Below are positions 11,826 through 22,850 of a stretch of DNA of 60,000 nt, piece after piece. The DNA is from Lama glama. Taxonomy: Eukaryota. The notes below the pieces were generated by a model. The model was not told the DNA's origin, did not search any database, and was given only the letters and a program-made list of their open reading frames with translations. The DNA is taken from contig CM052816.1 in assembly GCA_028534125.1 (NCBI GenBank), positions 15,440,001 to 15,500,000 on the forward strand, in the 5' to 3' direction. Both the position numbers and the translations under genes were made by a program. Numbering within the stretch: the first letter of the stretch is position 1; each line of letters opens with the position of its first letter.

Positions 11826-12944
11826 AGTCTATTCACAGGATTCTTCTTTTTATTCCTATACAGTGGCTTTGAGACCACATGCAGGCTACATCATAAGAAT
11901 TAACTTTTTCTTCTCAGTAAAAGATATTATCCTTCAACTAGTTTGCTCAGGTCAAACACCTTGGAGTCTTTATTTGTCTTTTAAAACAGTTTTTTGAGGT
12001 TTAACTGACATATGATAAACTGAATATATTAAACTGTACAGTTTGATAAATTCTCACCCAGGAAACCATCTTCATAATCAAGCTAATAAATATATCCATC
12101 ACCACAGAAGTTATCTAGTGCTCCTTTGTAATCCCTTCCTTCTGCCTCCTCCTTAGTCTCCCCCATCCCCAATCTATCTGGCAACCACTGATCTTCTTTC
12201 TGTTACTTTAGATTTATTTTCATATTCTAAAAATTTATACACATGGAATCATACAGCATGTTACTCTTTGTCTGGTTTCTTTCACTTAGCATACTTATTG
12301 GAAGATTTCAAATCATCTCGGATTCCTCTCTTCCTTTCGTTGCCACTCTCTTGCTCCCAGTTCATTCCTTCATCAAGTTCAGTTACCTCTGCCTGAATCC
12401 ATCTCCTTCTCTATGCCTCTGTCGCCATCATCTTCACCTAGACCGTCATCATCTGTTTCATGTACTACTTCAAGAGTCTCCTAACTCATCTCTTTACTTC
12501 CAATCCATTCTCCGCCTAGAACCCACAACGATCTCTTTAAAATAGAATCATATCAGTCTTTTCAGATCATTATCAATGCCCTGCTTGAAATAATTCAATG
12601 GCTTCCAGTCACACTCAGGATAGCATTCTAACCCCTGATGGTAGCTTATGAGGTCTTTCATGGTCTGGTCCCTTGTCCAACTCCTTGCCGTTACCACCTT
12701 CTACCATTCTCCCCATCCAGCCACACTGGCTTCTTCCTTTTGTTCTTCAAATATGTCAAACCTGCTCCCATCCTAAACTCTTTGTTCTTGCTATTCCTTA
12801 TGTCTGGAATGTTCATTTCCCAGCTCTCTGCATAGCTGGCTAATTCTTATTTTTCAGGTCTCATCTCAAATGTTATGTCCTTCCAGAGAGCTTGCAAGTG
12901 GCCTCCACCCACTCAATCTCTAATCACATTGCTGTTTTCTTCTT

Positions 12945-13875
12945 TTTTTTTTTTTTAACATTTTTTATTGATTCATAATCATTTTACAGTGTTGTGTCAA
13001 ATTCCAGTGTTCAGCACAATTTTTCAGTCATTCATGGACATATACACACTCATTGTCACATTTTTTTCTCNNNNNNNNNNNNNNNNNNNNNNNNNNNNNN
13101 NNNNNNNNNNNNNNNNNNNNNNNNNNNNNNNNNNNNNNNNNNNNNNNNNNNNNNNNNNNNNNNNNNNNNNNNNNNNNNNNNNNNNNNNNNNNNNNNNNNN
13201 NNNNNNNNNNNNNNNNNNNNNNNNNNNNNNNNNNNNNNNNNNNNNNNNNNNNNNNNNNNNNNNNNNNNNNNNNNNNNNNNNNNNNNNNNNNNNNNNNNNN
13301 NNNNNNNNNNNNNNNNNNNNNNNNNNNNNNNNNNNNNNNNNNNNNNNNNNNNNNNNNNNNNNNNNNNNNNNNNNNNNNNNNNNNNNNNNNNNNNNNNNNN
13401 NNNNNNNNNNNNNNNNNNNNNNNNNNNNNNNNNNNNNNNNNNNNNNNNNNNNNNNNNNNNNNNNNNNNNNNNNNNNNNNNNNNNNNNNNNNNNNNNNNNN
13501 NNNNNNNNNNNNNNNNNNNNNNNNNNNNNNNNNNNNNNNNNNNNNNNNNNNNNNNNNNNNNNNNNNNNNNGGGTTCATTTCTGGGCTCTCTATTCTGTTC
13601 CATTGGTCTATATGTCTGTTTTGGTACCAATACCATGCTGTCTTGATGACTGTAGCTCTATAGTATTGTCTGAAGTCTGGGAGAGTTATTCCTCCAGCCT
13701 CTTTCTTTCTCTTCAGTAATGCTTTAGCAATTCTAGGTCTTTGATGGTTCCATATAAATTTTATTATGACTTGTTCTAGTTCTGTGAAATATGTCCTGGG
13801 TAATTGGATAGGGATTGCATTAAATCTGTAGATTGCCTTGGGCAGTGTGACCATTGTAACAATATTGATTCTTCC
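12945..13875 (-). mobile_element. Young 5'-truncated camelid L1 spanning an assembly gap
   Basis: Perfect 14-bp TSD gctgttttcttctt at 12931-12944 and 13876-13889; poly(T) then L1 3' end; uninterrupted ORF2 peptide [13 protein letters not shown]...[25 protein letters not shown]. Confidence 0.93.
13071..13570. other. Assembly gap (500 N)
   Basis: Run of exactly 500 N. Confidence 1.
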
Positions 13876-14057
13876 GCTGTTTTCTTCTTAATAATAGTTA
13901 TTAATATGTGAAATTATTTCTTTGCACATTTACTGTTTGTCTTCCCCTCCTGGAATGTGTGCTCCATGAGGATGGGGCATTTGACTCTTGTTATTGTTAT
14001 ATCCCAAGGGCCTAGATCAGTGTGCCTAACAGACGTTCAATAAATATTTGTTGAGTG

Positions 14058-14137
14058 CAGGGGTATAGCTCAGTGGTACAGTGCATGCTTAGCAGGCGAG
14101 AAGTCCTAGGTTTAATCTCCAGTACCTCCATTATTAA
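14058..14137 (+). mobile_element. Vic-1-type SINE (left arm of inverted pair)
   Basis: ggggtatagctcagtggtacagtgcatgcttagca...ccagtacctcca followed by A-rich tail. Confidence 0.88.
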
Positions 14138-14156
14138 AAAATAATAAATATCTGTT

Positions 14157-14253
14157 TAAAAAAATTTTTTTTACTGGAGGTACTGGGGATTGAACCTAGG
14201 ACCTTGTGCTGCTAAGCATGCACTCTGCCACTGAGCTATACCCACCACCCCCC
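14157..14253 (-). mobile_element. Vic-1-type SINE (right arm of inverted pair)
   Basis: Reverse complement reads gggtatagctcagtggcagagtgcatgcttagca...ggttcaatccccagtacctcca; 19-bp TSD with one mismatch at 14138-14156 and 14254-14272. Confidence 0.88.
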
Positions 14254-15085
14254 AAAATAATAAATATTTGTTGAATGAATAAATAAGTGTATTGAGCATG
14301 GGTCAACAGAGCCGAAGGGTAATAGGGGGTCACCCTTTTACTCTATCCCTATTAAACAGCTCCATGACTGTGGACTGACCAGAAAGAGCACATTTCTATA
14401 CTAGGGAAGTCTTCAGTGTGAAGTTTTTTTTTTTCTTCTTTAATAAAAATAATAGAAGCAAGTACATCATGGTTATTCTCTAGGCAAGTGTCCAAGGACT
14501 GCAAATTTTTCAGGGCTTTCATAGACAGACTCTTCTTGTTATTTTAAAAGCTCCAGAGAGAGAAAGGAAATGACTTATTTTGAAGGTCCAAATAAAAGGG
14601 AGATATAGAAACGTATTACAGTGGCTACCAGTCCATAGATGTGTATCACATTCTGCCAACTTTATGCTCAGGGCAATTTTATTTTTCCCTAGATTTGCTT
14701 CACTCATGTGGTGTCAAGAAGTAGTGTAAAAACTAGTCTGGAACCCATGACTCTTCCAGGGCTTTGGCAGAAGTGCATGTGAAACCACCCTTAGGGATGT
14801 TTCTAATAGTCCAGGACATGCTAGACACTGAAGATTGGTTCTTAATAAAAAACTTATGAGTCAAACGAGAAAATCAACTGTCATAAGAAAGACCAGCAGA
14901 TGTCCCCAGCAGAAGAATTCACACCCAAAAAACTTCAAGTGATAAGACATTGTAAAGAAATTTTAAAATAATTGTGTTCATTATGTCCTAATTATTTTCA
15001 CTGTTAGGCAAGAATATATCATTGCATATCATTACAAAAACGGAAAGAGCAGATAGATTTGAAAAAAGAACAAGTACACTTTTTC

Positions 15086-15306
15086 TTTTTCTTTTTGAGT
15101 AAAGGTAGATTTATTTAGAGAGACACATACTGCATAGAGTGCATACACTGTTTCAAAAGGTGACAGAAAGGCCACGAGGTGTTGGGGGTTGGGTGCTCAG
15201 GTTAAAGTAAAAGTAAGTACACACTCTACAGACAGAGTGCAGTCCGTCTCCAAAGACTAGGGAGCAAGAGAGGCGGCCACGAGGTGTGGTGTTGCCAGTT
15301 TTTTAC
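15086..15306 (-). mobile_element. Polyadenylated retrocopy of a dimeric LTR-R-like sequence
   Basis: On - strand, AATAAA (15110-15115) lies 13 nt before an A-rich tail; cactttttc repeated at 15077-15085 and 15307-15315; internal ~105-bp duplication. Confidence 0.6.
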
Positions 15307-15315
15307 CACTTTTTC

Positions 15316-15772
15316 ACTTTTTAAGTGTGGTTAAATATACATAATATAACACTTACTAGCTTAATCATTTTTAAGTGTGCAGTTCAGTGATGTTAAATAC
15401 ATTCGTAATGTTGTGTTACCATCACCACCAACCATCTCCAAAGCTCTTTTCATCTTGTAAAACGGAAACTCTCTACCTATTAAATGAGAACTCCTCATTC
15501 TGTCCCTTTCCCCCGGTCCCTGGCAACACCATTTATTTTCTCTGTCGTTATGATTTTGACTACACTAAGTCCCTCACATAATTGGAATCATACAGTATTT
15601 GTCTTTTTGTGACTGGTTTATTTCACTTAGCACTATGTCCTCAAGGTTCATCCATGTTGTAGCATGTGTTAGAATTTCATTCCTTTTAAAGGCCGGATGC
15701 TATTCCATTGTATGTGGATACCACATTTTTTTTAAATCAATTTGTTTGTCCACTGATGGACACTTGGATTGC
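15316..15772 (-). mobile_element. Old L1 (L1MB-like) 3' end
   Basis: ttttaagtgtgcagttcagtg...ggaatcatacagtatttgtctttttgtgactgg...gatggacacttggattg. Confidence 0.8.
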
Positions 15773-15969
15773 TAATAAGTCTAATAAGAAAAAAAAATTT
15801 TTAAGGTAGAAAGCATCATGTCCATTTAAAGAGGAATAGATGTAGTCTTATTGGGGAGATTATTTATGATCAATGTGATGAGTGATAGAAAAAATAAAAA
15901 ATACACAATGAAGGAGGTTTGCTAGACTTTGAAAGACAAACACGACAATGCTAACTACATCAACTTAAC

Positions 15970-16160
15970 TACAACTATTTATCAAGTACCTACTGTGTGC
16001 ATTGTCCTATGCTTGAAACTTTTCATCCTGATCTTATTTATTCCTCACAATAACCCTGTTAGGTCAATAGTGTTATTCTCATATCAAATGAGGAGACAAA
16101 CTATTGCTACACAGCTAGTAAATGGAACCAGACATACCTAGTCCCAAGGTAGACCAAACC
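15970..16160 (-). mobile_element. MIR SINE
   Basis: atttatcaagtacctactgtgtgc...ttcctcacaataaccctg...cacagctagtaaatgg. Confidence 0.65.
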
Positions 16161-16298
16161 TTGAATATAGAGCTAATTGGTTCCAAATTCCCTGCCCTTT
16201 CCTCTCTCTCACAGGTTTTTAGAATAGGTAAAACATCCATTTCTTCTATTTCTAAAAGTCCAATTACTAGCCATCCTGGTTCAAATGCCAGGTATTTC

Positions 16299-16490
16299 AC
16301 AGTAGATTCTCAAATTGTGGGCTGCAGATCACTTGCACCAAGTCATAAAAGGAGTTCACCGAAGTGCAAATTTCTGGGCTCCTGATCTCAAAGATTCTAA
16401 GTAATTAAGTTTGGGATGAGGACTAGAGAATGTGTTTTTGTTTTTTAACTTAAACAAACTAATAATTTGGCCTCTACTGAGAACCACTAT
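16299..16490. mobile_element. MER5A-like DNA transposon
   Basis: cagtagattctcaaa...tgcaaatttctgggctcc...ctgagaaccact ends. Confidence 0.55.
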
Positions 16491-16769
16491 GTCTAGGTCT
16501 TCCAGGAGTGCTCCGCAGAAATAAATTCTTGGGCAGAACACTGCAGCTAAGCCTTTTGATATTCTCCATACAGGCTTGCCTTAGGCTCAGACTGATTCCT
16601 CCTCCTCTTACAGCACAGGGACTTGCTGAAGGCCTGAATGATTGAAGAGGTTTTCACCTGATCTCAATTAAGCAGCACAACCAGCTTTTTTTTTTTTACC
16701 CAGCAAATTGAGATACAACACATCGCAATTTAGCTGCATAAACTAGGCTATTTATCAAACTGCTTAAAA

Positions 16770-17600
16770 CCGTACACGAAATCTGCGCGTTGTGCTGTGT
16801 CTAGAAGGATGTGGAGAAAAAGGCCAGGCTTGATAGGTCGCGTGGGTAACAGAGACTCTGAATCCGAATCCCAGGTATTTCAGGGGTTTACTAGCGCTGG
16901 AGAGGAGGAAAACCGAGCAGGCGGACTCATGCGCAGGCGCAGAAGGAAGGGGGAAAACGATAAAACCGCCAAGGCGAGCCCTTCCCCCACCCTGTTTCCG
17001 GCTTTCTCCTACTGCGCAGGCGTAGAGAGTGAGTCAAGATGGCGGCCCCCGTGGATCTGGAGTTGAAGAAGGTAAAGGAGGATTTTGCTCAGGCAGGAAC
17101 TTCTTTTTGGAAGCTAAGGGGACTGTGGACAAGAATATCGAGTGAGGCTCGAGTCCTGAGGAAGGAAAAGAGCCCTTGGGAAATGGGGAATTATTCACCA
17201 GAGTCCTAAGACGAGACCAGGTCTCCCTAGGCTGGAGTCGGGGGCGAGCGGCTTTTTGCTGGGTAAGAACTCGTTTTACTGGGCCTGGTGAAGTGTGACG
17301 GGCGGAGAGCTGTTCGGTTCCCTCGTTCCGAGCTCCGCAGAGATTTCACTGCGCTTGGCGTCTTCAGCTTCATAGTAAGGCCTGAAGTGAGCGTTTCAAA
17401 TAGCCCCTTCGGACGGCTTCTCCGAGTTGAGGCAGCTGTAATTTTGCATCCTAACCTGCTTTGAACAACTCCAAATCTAATCTGTGCTTTTAGGCCGCTA
17501 TTCAATCTCGTACATTGTAAGGTCGCTGCATACAGGTCAGAGCCAGATATTCTTGTAGTAGTATTCATCTCAGAGCTTTGGTTGTCCTCGCCGCCCCCCT
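16770..17600 (+). promoter_or_regulatory. PFDN1: PFDN1 CpG-rich, TATA-less housekeeping promoter and start of intron 1
   Basis: Only clearly CpG-dense stretch in the window. NRF1 TGCGCAGGCGCA at 16930-16941 and TGCGCAGGCGTA at 17013-17024; ETS-like CCGGAAAC (- strand) at 16994-17001; TGAGTCA at 17030-17036; YY1 CAAGATGGCGGC at 17035-17046. Confidence 0.88.
17039..17071 (+). CDS. PFDN1: Prefoldin subunit 1, coding exon 1 (MAAPVDLELKK)
   Basis: ATG at 17039 in strong Kozak context (AAGATGG); translates MAAPVDLELKK, the PFDN1 N-terminus; donor AG|GTAAAG at 17072, phase 0. Confidence 0.97.
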
Positions 17601-18869
17601 CCCCCGCTTTTTTTTTTTTAATTTTTTGAGGGGCTTGTCAAAAACAAGTCAGTTTTTACAAATAAAGTTGATATCAGAAGAATTGGGTTTCTCTCTTCAT
17701 ACATTTGCCTTTATATGTGTGTCGTTACTCCAAAATGTTTTCGCCTCTTCAGAGTTACCAGGATTCTACCACCACCACCAACCCAAAAGCATATACTTTT
17801 TTTTTTTTTTTTTTTTGGCTAGGGGAAGGGGATGAGGATTGGAAAGGATTCTAGACTTCATCTACTTTAAACCTATACTTTTCTAGAGAAGGAAACAGTT
17901 CCAGACTCAGTCCAAGATTGGGACTAGTCCAGTATTACCTGTCTTACTCCCCATCTTTTGATCATTAGTTGAAGTTCTTTAGAAGAGCAAATTTTACTTA
18001 AGATTGTCTCCTGGTCAACCTTTGCGTAGGTAGGACAGCTGAAACAACTGTTTTGCATAATAAATGAAGCTGTTTATTATTGCTCTGAGGAATTATATGT
18101 GTTTTGCTTTTTGTCGTTCTTGTTTTGAAACTTGTGCACTTAGTCTTTATGTGGTCTACAGTGCTGTAATATCTCAGCTTTGACAGACTACTAGCTACCT
18201 TAGCAAGTTGTACAGAGCAGTCAGGTAATTTTGTATGTAATTTTATTTTGTACTTTACATAAAAAGTAAAATTCATTTTAAGACTGCTTAAAACATTCTA
18301 AGAGTTTACACTTTTTTCCTGTTAAAAGTTCAAATTTAAGTCAGGATTTAGTAAAGGAGCTAATAGAGTACAGCTGTGAATGAACTTACCTCAGTATTAT
18401 TTGAATTTGCTGCTAGGAAACCTGTGGCCAATGAATGCAAATTAAGAAGATGATTAGAGAGAAATTGGGTAGTTCTGACAACCAATGAAATTAAGTTAAA
18501 AAAACTTATTTGAAGGTCTTCTAATTTCTTTATAAGGTCTTTTTGGAGGGGTGGAGATTAGTAGGAAATTTTATGTACCTCTCCTTCCCCAAAGTAAATC
18601 TTTCGAAACATTACTAGTAGGTGAGAACAGTCAGAATAAAAGTTAAGTAGTAGCTTTTGCTATGTATTGCAGTTAGAAATGTTAAGGCATAAATTTGACA
18701 GCAGGTGAAAGTCATTCTAGGCACTTAAACAAGAGTATCCAAGAACTTTTTGAGTTAAGGGTCAAATTTGGCTTGTTACATGGGTATGAAAATCATGAAT
18801 GCAGTTCTACCAGTGCTTTGAATTGTTTTTGTCTTTCTTTTAAAATACTCATTTTCTGAATATTGCTGT

Positions 18870-19170
18870 AGACAGTAGAATAGAAAGATTTCTAAACTAG
18901 AGGTTGGAAGAAATGGATTTAAGTATTTGTTTTCCAGCTAATAGTTGTTAAACCCCATGCTAGTCATTTACGTCTCTTTAACATATTTAGTTACCTAATT
19001 TGTAAACTATAGTGATGAAACCACCATCCCTAACTCAAGATTAATGAAAACAGTAAATGAGATATTTATTATTATGTCAGTGTTCTCATATTAATATTCA
19101 CATGTTAATATTTCAAACAAATGTAGGAGAGTACTTTGAAACCTAATTGTGTAATACAAGTGTAGTGAAT
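18870..19170 (+). mobile_element. MIR SINE (degenerate)
   Basis: agtagaatagaaaga...agtcatttacgtctct...agttacctaatttgtaaa. Confidence 0.5.
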
Positions 19171-19342
19171 TGTAACATTTATGGTTCTTGCTTTGGATTT
19201 CTGGGTTTCATCCTCTAACTATTGTATTTAGTGCTTTTATTACTCCTTGGATACCTGCTACGTGATATGGTTATTATTTAAATTGCCTTTGTTCTGCTGC
19301 TTCAAGTAGATTCCGTCTTCTGAGGACTAGGTAAATTCAGTA

Positions 19343-19573
19343 CAGTTGATCCTTGAACAATACAGATTTGAACTGCATGGGTCCATTTATATGCAGATTT
19401 TAAAAAACAATAAATATTGGAGTACTACACATTGTGTGGTTGGTTGAATGCACATATGTAGAACCGAGGATACAGAGGAACTGCTATATGAAGGCCAACT
19501 ATAAATTATACTTGGATTTTCAACTGCATGGAGGGTCAGTACCCCAATCCTCGAATTGTTCAAGGGTCAAATG
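19343..19573. mobile_element. TcMar-Tigger2a-like MITE
   Basis: TIRs cagttgatccttgaacaa / ttgttcaagggtcaaatg, flanked by TA duplications at 19341-19342 and 19574-19575. Confidence 0.85.
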
Positions 19574-19736
19574 TATTTAGCATAGTGGCTTGATAGTTTA
19601 CAATTATGTTGACTTTTATTAATGTTTGCTGTGGTACCTTTCACAAGCTTTGTCTCTGGTTTGCATGCTTTATTTTAATATATTTAGTTGACTAAAATGT
19701 TTCATCTACTAAATCAAGAACTTGTTTTTTTATTAG

Positions 19737-19903
19737 GCCTTCACAGAGCTTCAGGCCAAAGTTATTGACACTCAGCAAAAGGTGAAGCTTGCAGACATAC
19801 AGATTGAACAGCTAAACAGAACGAAAAAGCACGCACATCTTACAGATACAGAGATTATGACTTTGGTAGATGAGACTAACATGTATGAAGGTGTGGGAAG
19901 AAT
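19737..19903 (+). CDS. PFDN1: Prefoldin subunit 1, coding exon 2
   Basis: Acceptor tttttttattAG; 167 nt encoding AFTELQAKVIDTQQKVKLADIQIEQLNRTKKHAHLTDTEIMTLVDETNMYEGVGR plus AT; donor GTAAGT at 19904, phase 2. Confidence 0.97.
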
Positions 19904-21929
19904 GTAAGTAAAATATATCTTTAAGGGGGTTATCTCGAAAGAGGTTTGTCTGAATTAAATAATAGAATTTGTTCACTTTAAAACTTGGGTTAAAGTATCA
20001 TAGTAGCTTTAAAAATCATTTAGTCAAATATCTTTTTTTTTTTTTGAGAAACTGAACTTCACATAGATGTGTTTAATGTTAAACTTTGAAGTACTTATCT
20101 TAAATATTTATTTCCCTGTTCTTTCTACAATTAGGTATGTAAGTGTGTAACTTCAATGGTAAAAATATGATTTGTTATGAAAAGGTGTTTATAGTATACA
20201 CATGTAGTTTTAGGTATAAAGATTTATTTAAGTAGCTTGTAATTTTAGCTTCCCCTTCCCTACCTAATTTTTAGTAGCCATACAAATCATAAATCTTTTA
20301 GATGTCTGACCAGTGTTGTAAAATAAAAATAAAGATTCAATTTAAATGTACATTCTGTTGTACATGAGAAATCTAGTAAACCAATTTACCTTTTGTTTAT
20401 TCTAATTATTGTTATGTGATTAACTGCCTACATTTCACTTATTTTCTTTTAAAAACTTTATTACCCTTATGAGAATAGATCTGCTTCATGTTCTGTAAGT
20501 AGTAAATACGAATGGAAAAGCCCTTAACTACAGGTCACATTCCATTACAGTGAGCTAAAAGGAGACTGATTTTTTTTCTTTTCTTTTCTTTAAGTGGGGA
20601 AGTACAGGAGGACGGGTTTTCTGGAATTTGGTCTTTGAATATTACTTAGTAAGTGGACCATTACTTAAGTTTGGAGATCTTTTAGTTGGAAAGGAATTTG
20701 ACCTCAGTCTTAGGATGACTTGTTTTGTGATTGATTTGAAGGAAGCATAACATGTGTAACATTTAGTAATGACTTTGGAATGACATCATGAGAAATAGAC
20801 CCTGCTCATGACTAGCTAATCTATATCTTTCTGGAAAAGAGATAGATTATAATAAACTGTTCATCTGATTTGCTTTCTCAGAATAAATAGTATACCACAA
20901 ATAACTTTTATCTCTGGAGTTTGTATTTTTCATCTTAGCCTGTTTTAAAAGGAAAAGAATCTCAATTTGAGAGTTTGTTACTAGGACAGAAAAGAGTTGG
21001 GAAGATAACAATGTAGAATCCTTGAATGTCTGTCTATGTAGTATGAAGTGTATTGTTGGCATTCACTATAGGATAATTTATCCTTAATGTGAATATCCTT
21101 TAGTTTTAAAACAGTAATGCTAGCTTTTCTGTCATGCTTGTCAATATGTTGCTCTTGGATTTCACATCATTACATGCCTTTGTTTGCAACAGCTAAAGAA
21201 TCTCTTTTTCCAAAATAGGAAAACTGACTGTCTTTGGCCTTTTGATCTACAGTGAAGTTTTAATTTTTAATTAGAATAATTTCACTTATTAAACATTCTG
21301 CAGAAATGATAGGAAAGTTGGTTTTCTTTGCATACTGCCTAAAGTGCTACATATTCCACACAAAGAATTTTAGAGTTGAGAGGCTGGTATTTGAATTGGT
21401 TAATGGTAGAACAGTAGTGTTTCTGGAAGATTTATTTCATATCAATTTTGTTTCTAAAAAGAAATGTGTAGTTTTAAATGTTTAGATAAAATGGAATACC
21501 TATGTGGTTTCAAACTTTGGTTTTAAATTTAACCTTTGCTTTCTGTGCCTCTCTGGCAGTGTGAATTTGACCCTGCATTTGAAGGGGCATGTAAGGTAAA
21601 TAGTGTTTGTTGTTTGGCTAGCATATTAGTGCCCTCAGGAAGAAAAGACTTGCTGAGTACTAGTCTAGTCATGAGGATGTTCTCTTTCTTGATGCTAAAC
21701 CTGAAATATCTATTTCTGAATTTATAGTCTTGAGTAATCTTGAGTATCATTGTGATTCACTTCTTTAACTCTAGTCTTTACCTTAATTTGTCTTTTCTTT
21801 TCCTTTTTGAGTATTATTTGGGAATTCTAATTAGAATACTAATTTTTCTCAAACTGTTGTTTTAAAACCAAGAATTAATGAAATTCAAACCACTACTTTT
21901 TTGTTTTATAACCTGCAGTAGATTTCTGT

Positions 21930-22850
21930 CATCATTGAAATTCAAGCCTCATTGTGTCTTGCGTGGAGTATGACAATAGCTTCTTAACTGTTCTTTCTGC
22001 CTTTATTCTGTTCGTCCAGATGCTTTCTTCACACATCTGCCAGAATTGATCATGTCATTATTCTTCGTAAAATCCTTGTTCATCCTCTTTGCTCATGGGG
22101 TAAAATCTAAACTTGTTAGCCTAAGCTTCATGATTATTCATAATCTGACCTTAATTTATCCTTCTAGCCTTGAATTCCGCTAGTTTCTTTTCCCAGACTC
22201 AGAATAGCATATGAATTTCATCTCATGGACTTACCTCCTTCCATTGATTGAGAAGGAGTTTGAGTCTCATGCAGGCTTAAACATGCTTTAATTTGATTAG
22301 AGAAGTCTGTTTTGGAGAGAGAGTAGAAGAGTAGTAGCACATGTACCCCAAATTGTTATCCCTACCCTTGCCACAGTGGGCTTCCTCACACATGCCATGC
22401 TTTTTTCCTTCCTTCCTGGGATTGAACCCAGGACCTCGTGCATGCTCAGCATGCACTCTACCACTGAGCTATATCCTCTCCCTGTGCTTTCTTGATTTCG
22501 CTCATTTTTGTCCTTCTTGGCCTGCAGCATCCCACTTTCCCTTATGAAATTCGCATCCTTCAAGACACAGCTCATCTTCTCTGAAGATTTTTACATCTTC
22601 TCTGACAGACTTATTCACACTTTTCTGGGTGATAGCAGGGGTTTTGTTCCTATATCTAGCAGAGCACATGGGTGGGGGTTAAGGATCAGGTAGGGGAGCA
22701 GAAGTTGATTGAGTTTGAAATTGTCCAGCCTCCCTAACTAGATTGTCAGCTCTGTGAGACCATGTACCTATTTATCTTTTGTTTCCTCAGTTCTCAGCAT
22801 AATGTCTGGCACAAAATAGATGTTAAATGTGTGTTGATTTGAATTAAATA
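21930..22850 (+). mobile_element. L2 fragment interrupted by a SINE
   Basis: caatagcttcttaactg, atccttcaagacacagctca, ctagattgtcagctctgtgag...tctggcaca...aaatgtgtgttga. Confidence 0.55.
22416..22482 (-). mobile_element. Vic-1-type SINE head (tail truncated)
   Basis: ctgggattgaacccaggacctcgtgcatgctcagcatgcactctaccactgagctatatcc. Confidence 0.85.

Larger units (their letters stand above)
11900..14054 (+). mobile_element. L2 element interrupted by an old L1 3' end (~11985-12310) and a young L1
   Basis: L2 motifs (ttcaatggcttcc, ccagccacactggcttc, caggtctcatctcaaatgtt, caataaatatttgttga) continue collinearly across the insertions. Confidence 0.7.

Noticed and set aside
12968..13719. Long ORFs of ~200-240 aa on the + strand
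   Set aside because: Artefacts of translating through the N gap; only the - strand L1 ORF2 part is meaningful.
14058..14253. tRNA-Ala(AGC) genes here and at 5762 and 22416
   Set aside because: Heads resemble tRNA-Ala but carry stem-breaking substitutions, and three of four have A-rich tails and TSDs: they are SINEs.
16797..17066. 89-aa ORF overlapping the PFDN1 start out of frame
   Set aside because: Spans promoter sequence probably upstream of the TSS; no recognisable protein; expected in GC-rich DNA.
17227..17568. 113-aa antisense ORF in intron 1
   Set aside because: No recognisable homology or splice structure; chance ORF in the CpG-rich region.
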